Part shown: one piece after another, positions 10,141 through 19,451 of the stretch
How the letters are laid out: every line of letters begins with the position of its first letter
Position numbering within the stretch: position 1 is the stretch's first letter
Virus record (IMG/VR): IMGVR_UViG_3300028804_000001
Coordinates: 1 to 64,000 of that record
DNA: 64,000 nt
From: a virus
Lineage: Duplodnaviria; Caudoviricetes
Direction: 5' to 3' (one strand)
The notes under the pieces: model-generated
What the model saw: only the letters and a program-made list of their open reading frames with translations
Told to the model about the DNA's origin: nothing
Databases searched by the model: none
Translations under genes and position numbers: made by a program

Positions 10141-13100
10141 TGGTAGCGGTCTGCTTCGCTGCCAAAAATATAATTAGCATTCATCTTAGCTTCTTCAATA
10201 GCCTGAAGAGCCCGTTGCCTTTCTGTGGATGCTTCAGTAGTTAACATAGGTGCCATATTAGGACCGCCGAAATCTAACTGAGTCATATCTCTATATCTTT
10301 CCAATTGATCTATAGCTACATCTGGAACTCTGGCAAGTAGCTTACCAGCTCCATACATAGCTGCCATCCCAACTAGATGCTTGGTTATCTTTCCTTTGTT
10401 ATTCCAAACACTGGATCCAGCTTTTCCTATACGTTCAACTACACTAAACTTAGAAGCAGATTCTCCCCACACTCCTTTCATCTTAACTGGATCTATCTTT
10501 GGAGTAACCTTGGTTATCTTTGGGGGCTGGATATCTTCTGGGTTAAAATCTGGACCGTAGTATTTTTTACCTCTATGTGGGCTAAAAAAATTATCATCTC
10601 TCATTGTCCAAGCACTGGATCTATCTGGCTTGGTCATCTTAAGAGATGTTGTTTGTGAATCTATATTCTGGGTATGTTGTGAATGATAATGCTCGTGAAC
10701 TTTATTCGAAGCAAATCTTTGCTTCTTGTTTAAAGATCTATCTCTAACAGTTTGCTTATTAACTTTGTCCAGTATTGGCTGAGCGGTTACCTCTTTGTTG
10801 ACATGGTATGGTTCTTTAGAAAATCCCTGGGCAGGTATGTCCTTTAACTGATTCTGAGTTTGTGTTACTCTTTCCCCAGTTTCCGCCAATGATTTATTAA
10901 GTTCCTGGACCTTAGCATGCCTATAAAGTGTCTCCTCAGAACCCCTAGCGAGTGTAGTAGCTTCCAGGGAAGATCCTATACCTATAGCTTCTTTAGCTAA
11001 TCGGCTTACATAATTACCAATAGCTACTGCAGCTTCTCCTAAACCAGTAGTTGCTCCAGCTGCAAAGGTTCCAGCTTCTCTGAGAGACTGCATAAAAGAT
11101 GTAGCCTGTTTAGCTCCTGCAGTTCCACTACTTACCCTTTTGGAAAAGGTAAGGCCACCTTCTCTAATTCTTTTAACAAGGGTGCTTTCTGAGAATGCTG
11201 TAGTAGCCGAACGAATTCTCTCAAGCCAGGCCATGGCTCTAGGTTCAAATGGAGATGCAAAGCCAGCGTAGGTCCTTCCTTCTACGTTCAACATGCTGCT
11301 ATAAATATGAGATGGCATTACATGATTTGAACGAAGGTATTCATTCTGAGATATACGCTTTCTTCGATCGGATATAAACTTCTTATCTTCTTCCTGCTTT
11401 ACTGAGGATCCTATTCTACTTAAAAGAATTCCACCACCTGTGCTAATTATTACGGCTTTTCTATTTCTAGATAGATAATCTACAAATTGGTCTATATGAT
11501 CTCCAGCATGCTCAGCGGTTTTCTTTAGATCAAACTTGCTGATCGCTGCATCATGGCCTTGGCCAATAACTTTATGAAGCTTCTGTGTAATATCATCTTC
11601 TACTTTACGGAGTGTTCCAACCAGATCACCCTTTGCCTGAACTTCATTTACACCATACTTTTCAACGAGGCTTCTGAAATATCCGAATAAAGATTTACCG
11701 CCACCTTCAGCCATGGATCCTTCAATAAGGCCGGCGAAGGTATGTATATATGACCATTTACTTCCAAAGTCAGTCATCATCATTCTTCTCGCCGATGTTT
11801 CTGCAGAAGAGTGCTGCTTGGCTTCTATGATCTGACCTGGATCTATAAAGGTCCTGAACATTTCGGATATCTTTCTAGACCATCCATAGATAAGTTCCTG
11901 ATAGAAGTAGGCGCCCATTAATCCAGAGGCCATACTCATAATACCAGTAGCCTGCATGGTAGATTTAGGATACCGGTTTCGCAATGAGTTCTGCTCATAT
12001 GCTGGGAGTATCTCTTCTATTCTTCTCTGAATATTTATAGATTCTACTCCAAGGGCTGCAGCATTAGCTTTCATGTAGGTGCGCATTGCTCCTACTTCTC
12101 CAAGTCTCTTAGCTGTTATCTCCGGCCCTAATCCTAATCTTCTTAGCTCGAGCTCATTGACTGCATCGGATGCTGAAGTAGACATCTTTTGAAGAGATGC
12201 TGAGCTGGATATGGATGCTCTAGTATTAAGATCATTTGTTCCTGTTAAAGCAGCAGCATCATTAACATTTAATACGGAGAATATATCCGGAGATTCGAAG
12301 TAGTGAGTTTTAGATACGTTTGTTTTAAAGTGAGCATCTAATGTTATGAGAGCCCGCTGATAATATGTTTGAAAGTTTTTAGCAAACTGATCCTTGGCAA
12401 CGCTACTAGCGATCGCTTGACCATAGGAATTAATAGTTTGGGATCTTATATCGTGATTTGCAAGGACCTGATTAAGACCTTCCAGTACATTGGCTACCTG
12501 CTCTCTCTGACCATATCTACTTACTACCCTGAGATAATCCTTCTTATTATCCCCGGTTGAAACTAGTATATCTTTACGGCCGGCTCTTTCAGCCTCAAGT
12601 TCCTGGAAAGTTTTCTGCGTCTCTTTGGCGAAAGCATCTACAGTAGAATCTTTTGTTACAACCAGCCTATTGAAATCATTAGTTTGATTTTCATATTCAT
12701 ATACATAGTCACCAGTAGTTTTAGTATGATCGGTTATGTCATTGATCATCTGGTTAAGGTTGTATTTTCTACGATCCTTAGCCATGCTAAAGACTACGTC
12801 ATGAATCTTCTTAGCATCAGTGTTTAACTTATCTTTAATGCCTTCGTATTGTTTAAGAGAGTGAGCATCAGAAAGATTTAATCTCTGGTACTCTCCTTGA
12901 AGTCTCTCGAGTGCACTGGTATTAATAACTGCAAGCTTCTTGGAGTTATAATCTCTCTCCATAAATACTGTTTTGGCTTGAGCAGTATTTACACTCTTGG
13001 CTAGTTTTTCTGAGATCTTTCCGAGGACTATATCGGGAACATTATCAGTAGCAAGACTACCATGTGGTTTTAAACTTGAGGCATCAAGAGTAACTTCTTT

Positions 13101-13454
13101 TGTAATGATCCCTTTTACATTCGGATCCTTGCGCAGCTTTTGAATCATCTGCTGCTTGTTTACAATGTCAGGGTAAAGGCTTTCTACGTTTCTTCTTTCT
13201 AGAGTTGAAGCATTGCGGATTGCTATATCTCCCTGAAGGGCAGTGTTAATAGAAACATACTGCTGGGTTTCAGGATTAAGAAGCATCCCTTCCGCGGATG
13301 CTCCTGACAAACTAATATAAGTTTGCTTCTGCCCTTTTGTGGGCTCAATAATAATAACATTACCTGGGTAAAGTAAATCAGCAAGATCGCCAGGCTGATA
13401 ATGGCCTCGAGGTCTTGCCTTTAATGATATGTCATTACTGAGGTTCTGAGCCAT
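10137..13454 (-). CDS. 1105-aa putative internal virion/ejection protein with the shared C-terminal motif
   Basis: Long helical ORF with Gly/Ala-rich hydrophobic segments; ends QLDFGG...TERQRALQAIEEAKMNANYIFGSEADRYH. Confidence 0.65.
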   Translation of the reverse strand: MAQNLSNDISLKARPRGHYQPGDLADLLYPGNVIIIEPTKGQKQTYISLSGASAEGMLLNPETQQYVSINTALQGDIAIRNASTLERRNVESLYPDIVNKQQMIQKLRKDPNVKGIITKEVTLDASSLKPHGSLATDNVPDIVLGKISEKLAKSVNTAQAKTVFMERDYNSKKLAVINTSALERLQGEYQRLNLSDAHSLKQYEGIKDKLNTDAKKIHDVVFSMAKDRRKYNLNQMINDITDHTKTTGDYVYEYENQTNDFNRLVVTKDSTVDAFAKETQKTFQELEAERAGRKDILVSTGDNKKDYLRVVSRYGQREQVANVLEGLNQVLANHDIRSQTINSYGQAIASSVAKDQFAKNFQTYYQRALITLDAHFKTNVSKTHYFESPDIFSVLNVNDAAALTGTNDLNTRASISSSASLQKMSTSASDAVNELELRRLGLGPEITAKRLGEVGAMRTYMKANAAALGVESINIQRRIEEILPAYEQNSLRNRYPKSTMQATGIMSMASGLMGAYFYQELIYGWSRKISEMFRTFIDPGQIIEAKQHSSAETSARRMMMTDFGSKWSYIHTFAGLIEGSMAEGGGKSLFGYFRSLVEKYGVNEVQAKGDLVGTLRKVEDDITQKLHKVIGQGHDAAISKFDLKKTAEHAGDHIDQFVDYLSRNRKAVIISTGGGILLSRIGSSVKQEEDKKFISDRRKRISQNEYLRSNHVMPSHIYSSMLNVEGRTYAGFASPFEPRAMAWLERIRSATTAFSESTLVKRIREGGLTFSKRVSSGTAGAKQATSFMQSLREAGTFAAGATTGLGEAAVAIGNYVSRLAKEAIGIGSSLEATTLARGSEETLYRHAKVQELNKSLAETGERVTQTQNQLKDIPAQGFSKEPYHVNKEVTAQPILDKVNKQTVRDRSLNKKQRFASNKVHEHYHSQHTQNIDSQTTSLKMTKPDRSSAWTMRDDNFFSPHRGKKYYGPDFNPEDIQPPKITKVTPKIDPVKMKGVWGESASKFSVVERIGKAGSSVWNNKGKITKHLVGMAAMYGAGKLLARVPDVAIDQLERYRDMTQLDFGGPNMAPMLTTEASTERQRALQAIEEAKMNANYIFGSEADRYH

Positions 13455-13722
13455 CTTGCTTCTGAGAAGGGATCCATTCCGTTCTTACTTTCTTAGTTCT
13501 AACTAAAGCAAGCCCGAACTTGGCCAATCCGTATCCAAATGGTATGATCACAATAAACCATACACACGTACCCAGAAACATAAATGGATATAGCTTCCAC
13601 CTGGGTGGAACTACCATGAGCATATAGAAGATTACTACGATGTTAGAAACAATAAGGCCAAATAGCCATATGTTAAAAAGAAAGATCCCAAAGTTAACAA
13701 GGATTTGATATAGTGTATCCAA
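13435..13722 (-). CDS. Small membrane protein (2-3 TM segments)
   Basis: Hydrophobic runs ILVNFGIFLFNIWLFGLIVSNIVVIFYMLMVV and FMFLGTCVWFIVIIPFGYGL, then a basic C-terminus. Confidence 0.6.
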   Translation of the reverse strand: MDTLYQILVNFGIFLFNIWLFGLIVSNIVVIFYMLMVVPPRWKLYPFMFLGTCVWFIVIIPFGYGLAKFGLALVRTKKVRTEWIPSQKQDGSEPQ

Positions 13723-13723
13723 T

Positions 13724-14614
13724 TTAAACCTGCGGTTCCGGTTGAACTATCTCAGCATCAATAGAACCATCGGTTCTTGATTTGGCAGCAAGAATAATAT
13801 CTTGTGCCCGCTTAGTAAGACTGGAAGCTCTATTGGCAGGATCGGCCACTGCATCTGCAACCTTCTTTTTAAGTTCCATTTCAGGAGTAAGGAGAAGTTG
13901 TTTAAGGAGAACTTCTCTCTTTCTCTTAATAGTCATCTTAACTCTAAAGAGAGGAGATACATCTGGCGTGGTTGCCATATCTCCTTCGTTGTTAATAGCA
14001 ATGGCCTGCTCCATAAGCATGCCTTCCTTTGCCATCTTGGTATTAATACGGTTCTCTATGATATATGTTTCCACGAGTTCATGGATAAGATCCATTACAA
14101 ATCGGTTGGATCTGATATCATCCGGGGTAGTTTCTCTACCTTCTCTACGAGCATATGCTTCTACGTAGTCCTGTTCATAAACAGAAACAATATCATGTTC
14201 TACTAAACACTCAGCATCTTCCTGTTTTAATTGATAGGGTGCCTTTCCAAGGATGTGGAGAGGACATCTATCTTTCAGCATGCAGCCGTCGTTACAAATC
14301 ATAACGGCACTTCTATGAAGGCCGCCGGCTAATACACTTCCAGTTTGAATTAATCTCTGGAGCTGATGGTTGGTAATGGAATTATTACGAAAGAAGTTCT
14401 TATCCCCAGTTAAAGCTATAATCTTATCCTTTAACTGGGTAGGAATATCATCTACATCGACAACACCAAGAGCCTTTGTTTCCCGGCTCTTTAAAGCATT
14501 AACTCTCTTAAGCAGCTGCTTCTTCTGGCTTAAGGTTTCCTGCTCGGGCTCTCCTTCTAATCCACCCCACTCATTTGCTTCTTCAGGTAACTCTGGATTT
14601 CTTTTAGAAGCCAT
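13724..14614 (-). CDS. Cys-cluster helical protein, candidate terminase small subunit
   Basis: 296 aa with C-x3-C-x5-C...C cluster (ICNDGCMLKDRCPL...ECLVE), then a helical region SPLFRVKMTIKRKREVLLKQLLLTP. Upstream in the packaging cluster. Function is inferred. Confidence 0.4.
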   Translation of the reverse strand: MASKRNPELPEEANEWGGLEGEPEQETLSQKKQLLKRVNALKSRETKALGVVDVDDIPTQLKDKIIALTGDKNFFRNNSITNHQLQRLIQTGSVLAGGLHRSAVMICNDGCMLKDRCPLHILGKAPYQLKQEDAECLVEHDIVSVYEQDYVEAYARREGRETTPDDIRSNRFVMDLIHELVETYIIENRINTKMAKEGMLMEQAIAINNEGDMATTPDVSPLFRVKMTIKRKREVLLKQLLLTPEMELKKKVADAVADPANRASSLTKRAQDIILAAKSRTDGSIDAEIVQPEPQV

Positions 14615-14811
14615 TCCATTCCTCCCTTCTCTATGAAGGCCTTACGAATTCTACGGAGCTCAGTTGAATAATCTGGACTATCTTTTTCTACGAGCTCTTT
14701 ATATGCAGAAACAGTAAAGGTATCTAATCTTGATTGCTCTTTTTGCGGATCCCCAATGCGGACTCTAACGCTTTCTTGTACAGGGTTGTACTCGATAAAG
14801 GTAATTTCCAT
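14557..14811 (-). CDS. Hypothetical protein
   Basis: ORF in a co-oriented run with GGAG SD upstream. Confidence 0.55.
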   Translation of the reverse strand: MEITFIEYNPVQESVRVRIGDPQKEQSRLDTFTVSAYKELVEKDSPDYSTELRRIRKAFIEKGGMEWLLKEIQSYLKKQMSGVD

Positions 14812-14825
14812 AAACTAATCTCCAG

Positions 14826-15104
14826 TTATTCTTTGGACTTGTATTCAAGATGTTCTAATGCAGCTACCTTACTTTCAAGATATCTTACCTTAGAAGTCAA
14901 CTCAGTTAAAATAGAGTTTAATAAAATAATAACTACCTGAGGATCTTTCTGGGATTTAATAATCTTATCGATGTTAATAGGCCTTCTATTTTCTGGAACA
15001 ACACTTATAAATATTCTGGAGATATACTGTAAGAGTGCATCTTCGATTCGTTTGTCCATCTCCGGAGAGACGAACGGCATAGAGAGATCATCATACCCTG
15101 GCAT
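14826..15104 (-). CDS. Hypothetical protein (C-terminal coiled coil)
   Basis: ORF in operon; heptad pattern LTELTSKVRYLESKVAALEHL. Confidence 0.55.
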   Translation of the reverse strand: MPGYDDLSMPFVSPEMDKRIEDALLQYISRIFISVVPENRRPINIDKIIKSQKDPQVVIILLNSILTELTSKVRYLESKVAALEHLEYKSKE

Positions 15105-15105
15105 C

Positions 15106-15594
15106 TTACATTCCTGTATCTACCGGATCTTTTTCATCCGGAGTTACTGGGTCAGGAGTCTTGTTATTTGTTGGAGTTTCAACATTAGACTCTTGTTTCT
15201 TTTTTGTTGGGAAGTCATCCGAGGAGAATATAATAAGTTTTCCTTCGGGTCCTTCACCGGCAAAATTCACAATGATTCCAGTAAGATGCATTAATAAGAA
15301 ACGCTTCTCGAATGGATGAAGGAAAGTTGCTGTCTCGAGTGTATGGATAAGTGCCTGGATCTCAGAGAGAGTAGGGGACTTTAAAGCTCCAACAACGCTG
15401 TTTGTTTGATCTGTGATAACTTGAAGAGTTCTTCGAAGAGCAATAATGAACTGTCGTGTTTGTTTTCTATCCTTAAAGACTTCAGTTAAGTTGGCTGCGG
15501 TTTCGATAACATTTCCAAGCAGCTTGAGCATAGCTGGAATCTGTGCCGGAGGGCTGTTCATTATAGCTTCTATAATGCGTTTGATTAAGTTCAT
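15106..15594 (-). CDS. Hypothetical protein
   Basis: ORF in operon with AGGAG SD. Confidence 0.6.
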   Translation of the reverse strand: MNLIKRIIEAIMNSPPAQIPAMLKLLGNVIETAANLTEVFKDRKQTRQFIIALRRTLQVITDQTNSVVGALKSPTLSEIQALIHTLETATFLHPFEKRFLLMHLTGIIVNFAGEGPEGKLIIFSSDDFPTKKKQESNVETPTNNKTPDPVTPDEKDPVDTGM

Positions 15595-15602
15595 AGAAAC
15601 TC

Positions 15603-15998
15603 CTAAAGGCTTAAGTTCCTTCTGATCCTATGAACTACTTTATCAAGGACCGGTCTAGGAACTTCCTTCAATGCTGGGATAGTAAAGGATACTACAGAGG
15701 CTGTCTCCCCTTTTTCTACCAGCTTTCTAATTTCTTCTTCGTTCTCTTTGATAAGCGGGAGAAAAGAAGCATAGAGCTGTCCGATCTTAGAGTTGGGACG
15801 GAATGATATTCCCGTAGCTCCTCTCTTAAGTTTATTACCGGACTTGAGCTCAAGGTATTCTTGTTCAGAAATACCCGGTAAGCCCTTAGCCCTTCTTCTC
15901 CTGTTGTAACAGTAGAATCCATTCTTGGATGGATGATCTTTCAGCCAGGCACTTCTAGTAATATCTTTACGAGTCTTTTGTTCGTCAGATAATTCCAT
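15603..15998 (-). CDS. Basic hypothetical protein (possible nucleic-acid binding)
   Basis: GGAGAGG SD; Arg/Lys-rich YNRRRRAKG. Confidence 0.55.
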   Translation of the reverse strand: MELSDEQKTRKDITRSAWLKDHPSKNGFYCYNRRRRAKGLPGISEQEYLELKSGNKLKRGATGISFRPNSKIGQLYASFLPLIKENEEEIRKLVEKGETASVVSFTIPALKEVPRPVLDKVVHRIRRNLSL

Positions 15999-16242
15999 AA
16001 ACCTCTCCCTTCTTAGTTACTGTGCCATCTCTAGTCAGGCAATCTAATACCTGAGAGGCAAGTTTCTGAGCCGGTTGTATCTTTTTACGGAAATCCAATG
16101 GAAGTATTATACCCTTGGCAATTATATCTGGAGTAACTTCTTCTAGCCCCGAGCTAAGCAAGAAATGAGTCACCGCTTCCTTCAGGTAAGGATGGGAGTA
16201 CCATAGCTTCACTAGCGGAAGCGAGTCTTGCTGCTTCTCCAT
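15985..16242 (-). CDS. Hypothetical protein
   Basis: ORF in co-oriented overlapping run. Confidence 0.5.
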   Translation of the reverse strand: MEKQQDSLPLVKLWYSHPYLKEAVTHFLLSSGLEEVTPDIIAKGIILPLDFRKKIQPAQKLASQVLDCLTRDGTVTKKGEVYGII

Positions 16243-16522
16243 ATATGATTTGTAGCCTTTTCACTGGGAACCGTTCTGACAGTTTAATTATGTGACTAAT
16301 GACTGTACCTTGACCATAGACAGAAACCTGGTAGGGTTCAGAGTGATGTATCTCAGAGACTAGACGCTTCGAGAACATAGCAAACATCTCTTTATCAAAC
16401 TCTCTACAGAGTTGATCATACAAACGACGTTGTGTATACGGCATTAATATACACGGTGGTAGCTTATCTGGTGTTTGAATGCCGCAAATTATATAGATGT
16501 TGGAGGAATGTTCGGGGGTCAT
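16154..16522 (-). CDS. Hypothetical protein
   Basis: ATGA overlap with the upstream gene. Confidence 0.5.
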   Translation of the reverse strand: MTPEHSSNIYIICGIQTPDKLPPCILMPYTQRRLYDQLCREFDKEMFAMFSKRLVSEIHHSEPYQVSVYGQGTVISHIIKLSERFPVKRLQIIYGEAARLASASEAMVLPSLPEGSGDSFLA

Positions 16523-16959
16523 TTTTTCCTGGAAGCTGCCTTTTTATCTGCTGCTAAGTTCATGAGAGCCAATAGTGTTTCTCGCTGGAATTGAGTATAT
16601 TCCTCTCGAGTCATCATATTAATAGGTTTAACTGCTCGAACACAAAGCTCCCCGGCTTCATCTCTAAATATAGAGAGAACCATTGGCTGTTTTTTCTCTG
16701 TTTCTTTTTTTAAAAACTTCTTAAATGATGATCTATTAGAACTCTTCTTCTTAGCTTTAACCTTAGATTTAGCCTTTGATTTCTTAACTCCAGGTTTCAT
16801 CTTCGAAGCTTTGCGAGGTTTAGGTTTCTTACCGCCCTCTTCAAATTGTTTAATCTTAGATTGAATTCTCTTGTTAGTTTTTTCTAAAGCAAGATCTGTA
16901 GGAGGAGCTGGTTCTTCCTTCTTAGTTTTAAGTAGACGGGTCAATATGCTCACTTTCAT
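16519..16959 (-). CDS. Lys-rich hypothetical protein
   Basis: Very basic tract KKPKPRKASKMKPGVKKSKAKSKVKAKKK; GGAG SD. Confidence 0.55.
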   Translation of the reverse strand: MKVSILTRLLKTKKEEPAPPTDLALEKTNKRIQSKIKQFEEGGKKPKPRKASKMKPGVKKSKAKSKVKAKKKSSNRSSFKKFLKKETEKKQPMVLSIFRDEAGELCVRAVKPINMMTREEYTQFQRETLLALMNLAADKKAASRKK

Positions 16960-17158
16960 CTCCGCTTGTTACATTTCTTTGAATCATAGGGGATGTCATA
17001 CTAACCCTACCATCTCCTCTTTGAATAATAGATTCAATAGGAACATTGAGTTGTGAAAGACATTCTTCTAATCCTGTAGAGGTTGAGTTGACCGCAATAA
17101 TCAACTCACTCTCTTTGGGATACTTCTTAAGAAGAGCTAAAGCTTCTCCTACATTCAT
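16928..17158 (-). CDS. Hypothetical protein
   Basis: ATGA overlap; MNVGEALALLKKYP N-terminus is typical of small phage proteins. Confidence 0.55.
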   Translation of the reverse strand: MNVGEALALLKKYPKESELIIAVNSTSTGLEECLSQLNVPIESIIQRGDGRVSMTSPMIQRNVTSGDESEHIDPST

Positions 17159-17901
17159 TTGGGTCTCCCTGTTTCATACTTAAGACCCCAGCAGGATCTA
17201 GCTTTATAGAAGTCATCCGGGATTACAGTATAGGTTCCCATAACTTTTCTCAGGCGGAAATGATTTGTAGAATCCATAAGATGCCAGAAGGAATAAACAT
17301 ATTCGCTGCAGTAAAAATTCTGCATTCCAATCTTGCCCTGGTCTAAAAGGAATCTGTAATCATATCCTTTACCGATCTGTTTGAAAGCCCAAACCATAGC
17401 ACTCTTGAATGCATTTGCAGTGTATGGAAGTTTCCATTCCATAATAGCAATGTTATCTTTAGATGCTAAACATTCAAAGAGAGGTCTAATGTGGACACCC
17501 TCTCCAGTAGCTTCAATTACCGCAGGGTATTTTCCATATGGGAATTCATGAACGCCAACATAAAGGATTGCATGTTTGTATTTGCCAGGATTAAAAATGT
17601 TGCTGATCTCTCCATAAGTAGTAGAGAGAATCACATGTCCTGGTTTAAGGACTCTCATAATCTCAGCATAATGATGGATAACATTCTTCTTAGTCCATGG
17701 CATATGCAGCTTACCAATAATCTTCACTACTGGTATAAGAGCTTCAGTAATGAAGCCTCTTAATGAGCCGAGGAATATATCCTTATCAAACTCTTCAGTT
17801 CTAGCTGAAATCTCTGTGTCTTGGGAAGAACCATGGCGCTTCTTCTGAGGACCCACTTTGATTTTTCGAGTTGCCTTCATACTTTTGGGCATTTGCATCA
17901 C
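17155..17901 (-). CDS. Permuted papain-like NlpC/P60 amidase (YiiX/YebB-like)
   Basis: LKPGHVIL, PGKYKHAILYVG (His), VIEA, QIGKGYDY, FYCSEYV (Cys), PDDF. Confidence 0.82.
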   Translation of the reverse strand: MMQMPKSMKATRKIKVGPQKKRHGSSQDTEISARTEEFDKDIFLGSLRGFITEALIPVVKIIGKLHMPWTKKNVIHHYAEIMRVLKPGHVILSTTYGEISNIFNPGKYKHAILYVGVHEFPYGKYPAVIEATGEGVHIRPLFECLASKDNIAIMEWKLPYTANAFKSAMVWAFKQIGKGYDYRFLLDQGKIGMQNFYCSEYVYSFWHLMDSTNHFRLRKVMGTYTVIPDDFYKARSCWGLKYETGRPK

Positions 17902-18499
17902 CTCTTACAATTTTATCCAATACCTGTAATCTCAATTCTTCTAGAGTTCCATTGTTGTCTATAAAATTACACTCTGGTCTCGAGGTAAGATCGACAATAG
18001 AAGTTTCAGAAGCATGATCACTCGATCCATATCCTTCCCGTCTAACAGCATATAATTCTATACTAATGTCTGGACTCAGGGACATCTTAGGATAGAGATA
18101 CTCATTTAAAAATCTGGTATCTGTAACAACTATACATGGGATCTCAAACTTCTTAGTTTCTGCCAGAGCTACCAATGGTCTTACCCATATATCCGCATCT
18201 AACATATTACGAAACATCTCAGTTCCCATAAACTGCAGCAGTCTACGGTAGGTTATGTTACCATGCTTTTCGAAGATGAAAGGTTTGCCCATAGAAGTAA
18301 TAGGGGATTCCTTCATCATAGGATCATCGAGGGCAGCTCTAGGGTTATCACAACCGAGCCGGCTTAATACAAGACCGGCAATGTCTTTGAGGAAATCGGC
18401 AAACCCAAAACGTACTGCCCCATCAATAGAGTTAAGAATAATTTTGCCAACAGTATCCTTTCCGGATCCCTTATAACCTGTTAGCATGATAAGTCTCAT
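17801..18499 (-). CDS. Deoxynucleoside monophosphate kinase
   Basis: TGYKGSGKDT P-loop, FADFLK, RRLLQFMGTE, VTDTRFLNE, HASET, IDNNGT. Confidence 0.9.
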   Translation of the reverse strand: MRLIMLTGYKGSGKDTVGKIILNSIDGAVRFGFADFLKDIAGLVLSRLGCDNPRAALDDPMMKESPITSMGKPFIFEKHGNITYRRLLQFMGTEMFRNMLDADIWVRPLVALAETKKFEIPCIVVTDTRFLNEYLYPKMSLSPDISIELYAVRREGYGSSDHASETSIVDLTSRPECNFIDNNGTLEELRLQVLDKIVRGDANAQKYEGNSKNQSGSSEEAPWFFPRHRDFS

Positions 18500-18511
18500 A
18501 TCAATCTCTCC

Positions 18512-19345
18512 TTATTTCTCATAACCAGACTGGTTGGAAGCATTCTCTATCTCGAATGCTTTTTCATATATGGACTTTTGATCGTTGGTCAGGGCTTTAA
18601 ACTCTGAAGGATTCTCGGACCTGAGTTTTTTAAACGACCGGCCTTCTAGATGATCAACCGTTCCAGAATAAACAGCATAACTCTTAAATCCTTTATCCTG
18701 CATTCTTCTGTAGATCTCCCAGTCTTGATACCATCCGCGGAATTCTTCCGGCCATGGTTTAAGGTTATCCCAGGTGGATCTTTTAAAAAGAAACATCCAT
18801 CCAGGTCCTGATACTCCAAGAGGAGCCATTCTAAAGAATGGAGGCCCTACTCTAAATCCCTCAAAAGACTTTGATCCATTGGCGGTTACTTGATCAAATT
18901 GGAATGTTGGAATAGACGATGCTGGTATAATAGATCCAGCATCTGGTCCTGCTTTTTCAAATCCTTCTTTAATGGCTTCCCACCAACCAGGTCTAAATAC
19001 CAAGTCAGAGTTGCAGAAGCATATGAAGGAGCTTTTATCATCTTTGAAGATTGATTCCTCTTCACCCATGTTATAAAACTTATTCATGTTGAATGGAACT
19101 TGACCGAGATCTTTTATTCTTCTCGAGGCATAGCTGACTGCCGATTCCTTTGCAAACTTGTCCTTCCAATAGATTTGTTCATTGGATCCACTTGAGTTGT
19201 TTTCGATTATGATTAATTCTATTTCTACTTTGCTTTCTCTGGTAGAGATCTTAAGTGAATTAATAAAATCACAATGCATATCATACATCTCTTCTGTATG
19301 CGTTCTAAACAATGTTATGATTGTGAGTTTATCCATAAGTATCAC
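18512..19345 (-). CDS. Glycosyltransferase family 2-like (GT-A fold)
   Basis: ELIIIENNS, YNMG, CFCNSDL (DxD-like), GWYQDWEI, VDHLEGRS. Confidence 0.75.
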   Translation of the reverse strand: MILMDKLTIITLFRTHTEEMYDMHCDFINSLKISTRESKVEIELIIIENNSSGSNEQIYWKDKFAKESAVSYASRRIKDLGQVPFNMNKFYNMGEEESIFKDDKSSFICFCNSDLVFRPGWWEAIKEGFEKAGPDAGSIIPASSIPTFQFDQVTANGSKSFEGFRVGPPFFRMAPLGVSGPGWMFLFKRSTWDNLKPWPEEFRGWYQDWEIYRRMQDKGFKSYAVYSGTVDHLEGRSFKKLRSENPSEFKALTNDQKSIYEKAFEIENASNQSGYEK

Positions 19346-19353
19346 TTACCTCG

Positions 19354-19384
19354 AAAAATAAACCTGGGGGTGTTACCTCCCAGG
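19354..19384 (-). terminator. Rho-independent terminator
   Basis: Minus strand reads CCTGGGAG-GTAACA-CCCCCAGG (hairpin with one mismatch) followed by TTTATTTTT. Confidence 0.7.
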
Positions 19385-19392
19385 AACCTATT

Positions 19393-19428
19393 TTAGCACT
19401 TAGGTTTTTTAGGCTTAGACTTTGCCAT
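19393..19428 (-). CDS. 11-aa basic micropeptide MAKSKPKKPKC
   Basis: ATG preceded by GAAGGAG SD; ends just before the terminator. Confidence 0.45.
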   Translation of the reverse strand: MAKSKPKKPKC

Positions 19429-19451
19429 GATTAGTGGCTCCTTCTGGTCTA

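Noticed and set aside
10137-13454. Tape measure protein
   Set aside because: No adjacent tail tube or chaperone genes and no periodic aromatic repeats. It sits in the packaging cluster and shares its C-terminal motif with a 462-aa neighbour.
13435-13722. Holin call for the small membrane protein
   Set aside because: The topology is compatible, but no endolysin is adjacent and no family motif was recognised, so it is left as a membrane protein.
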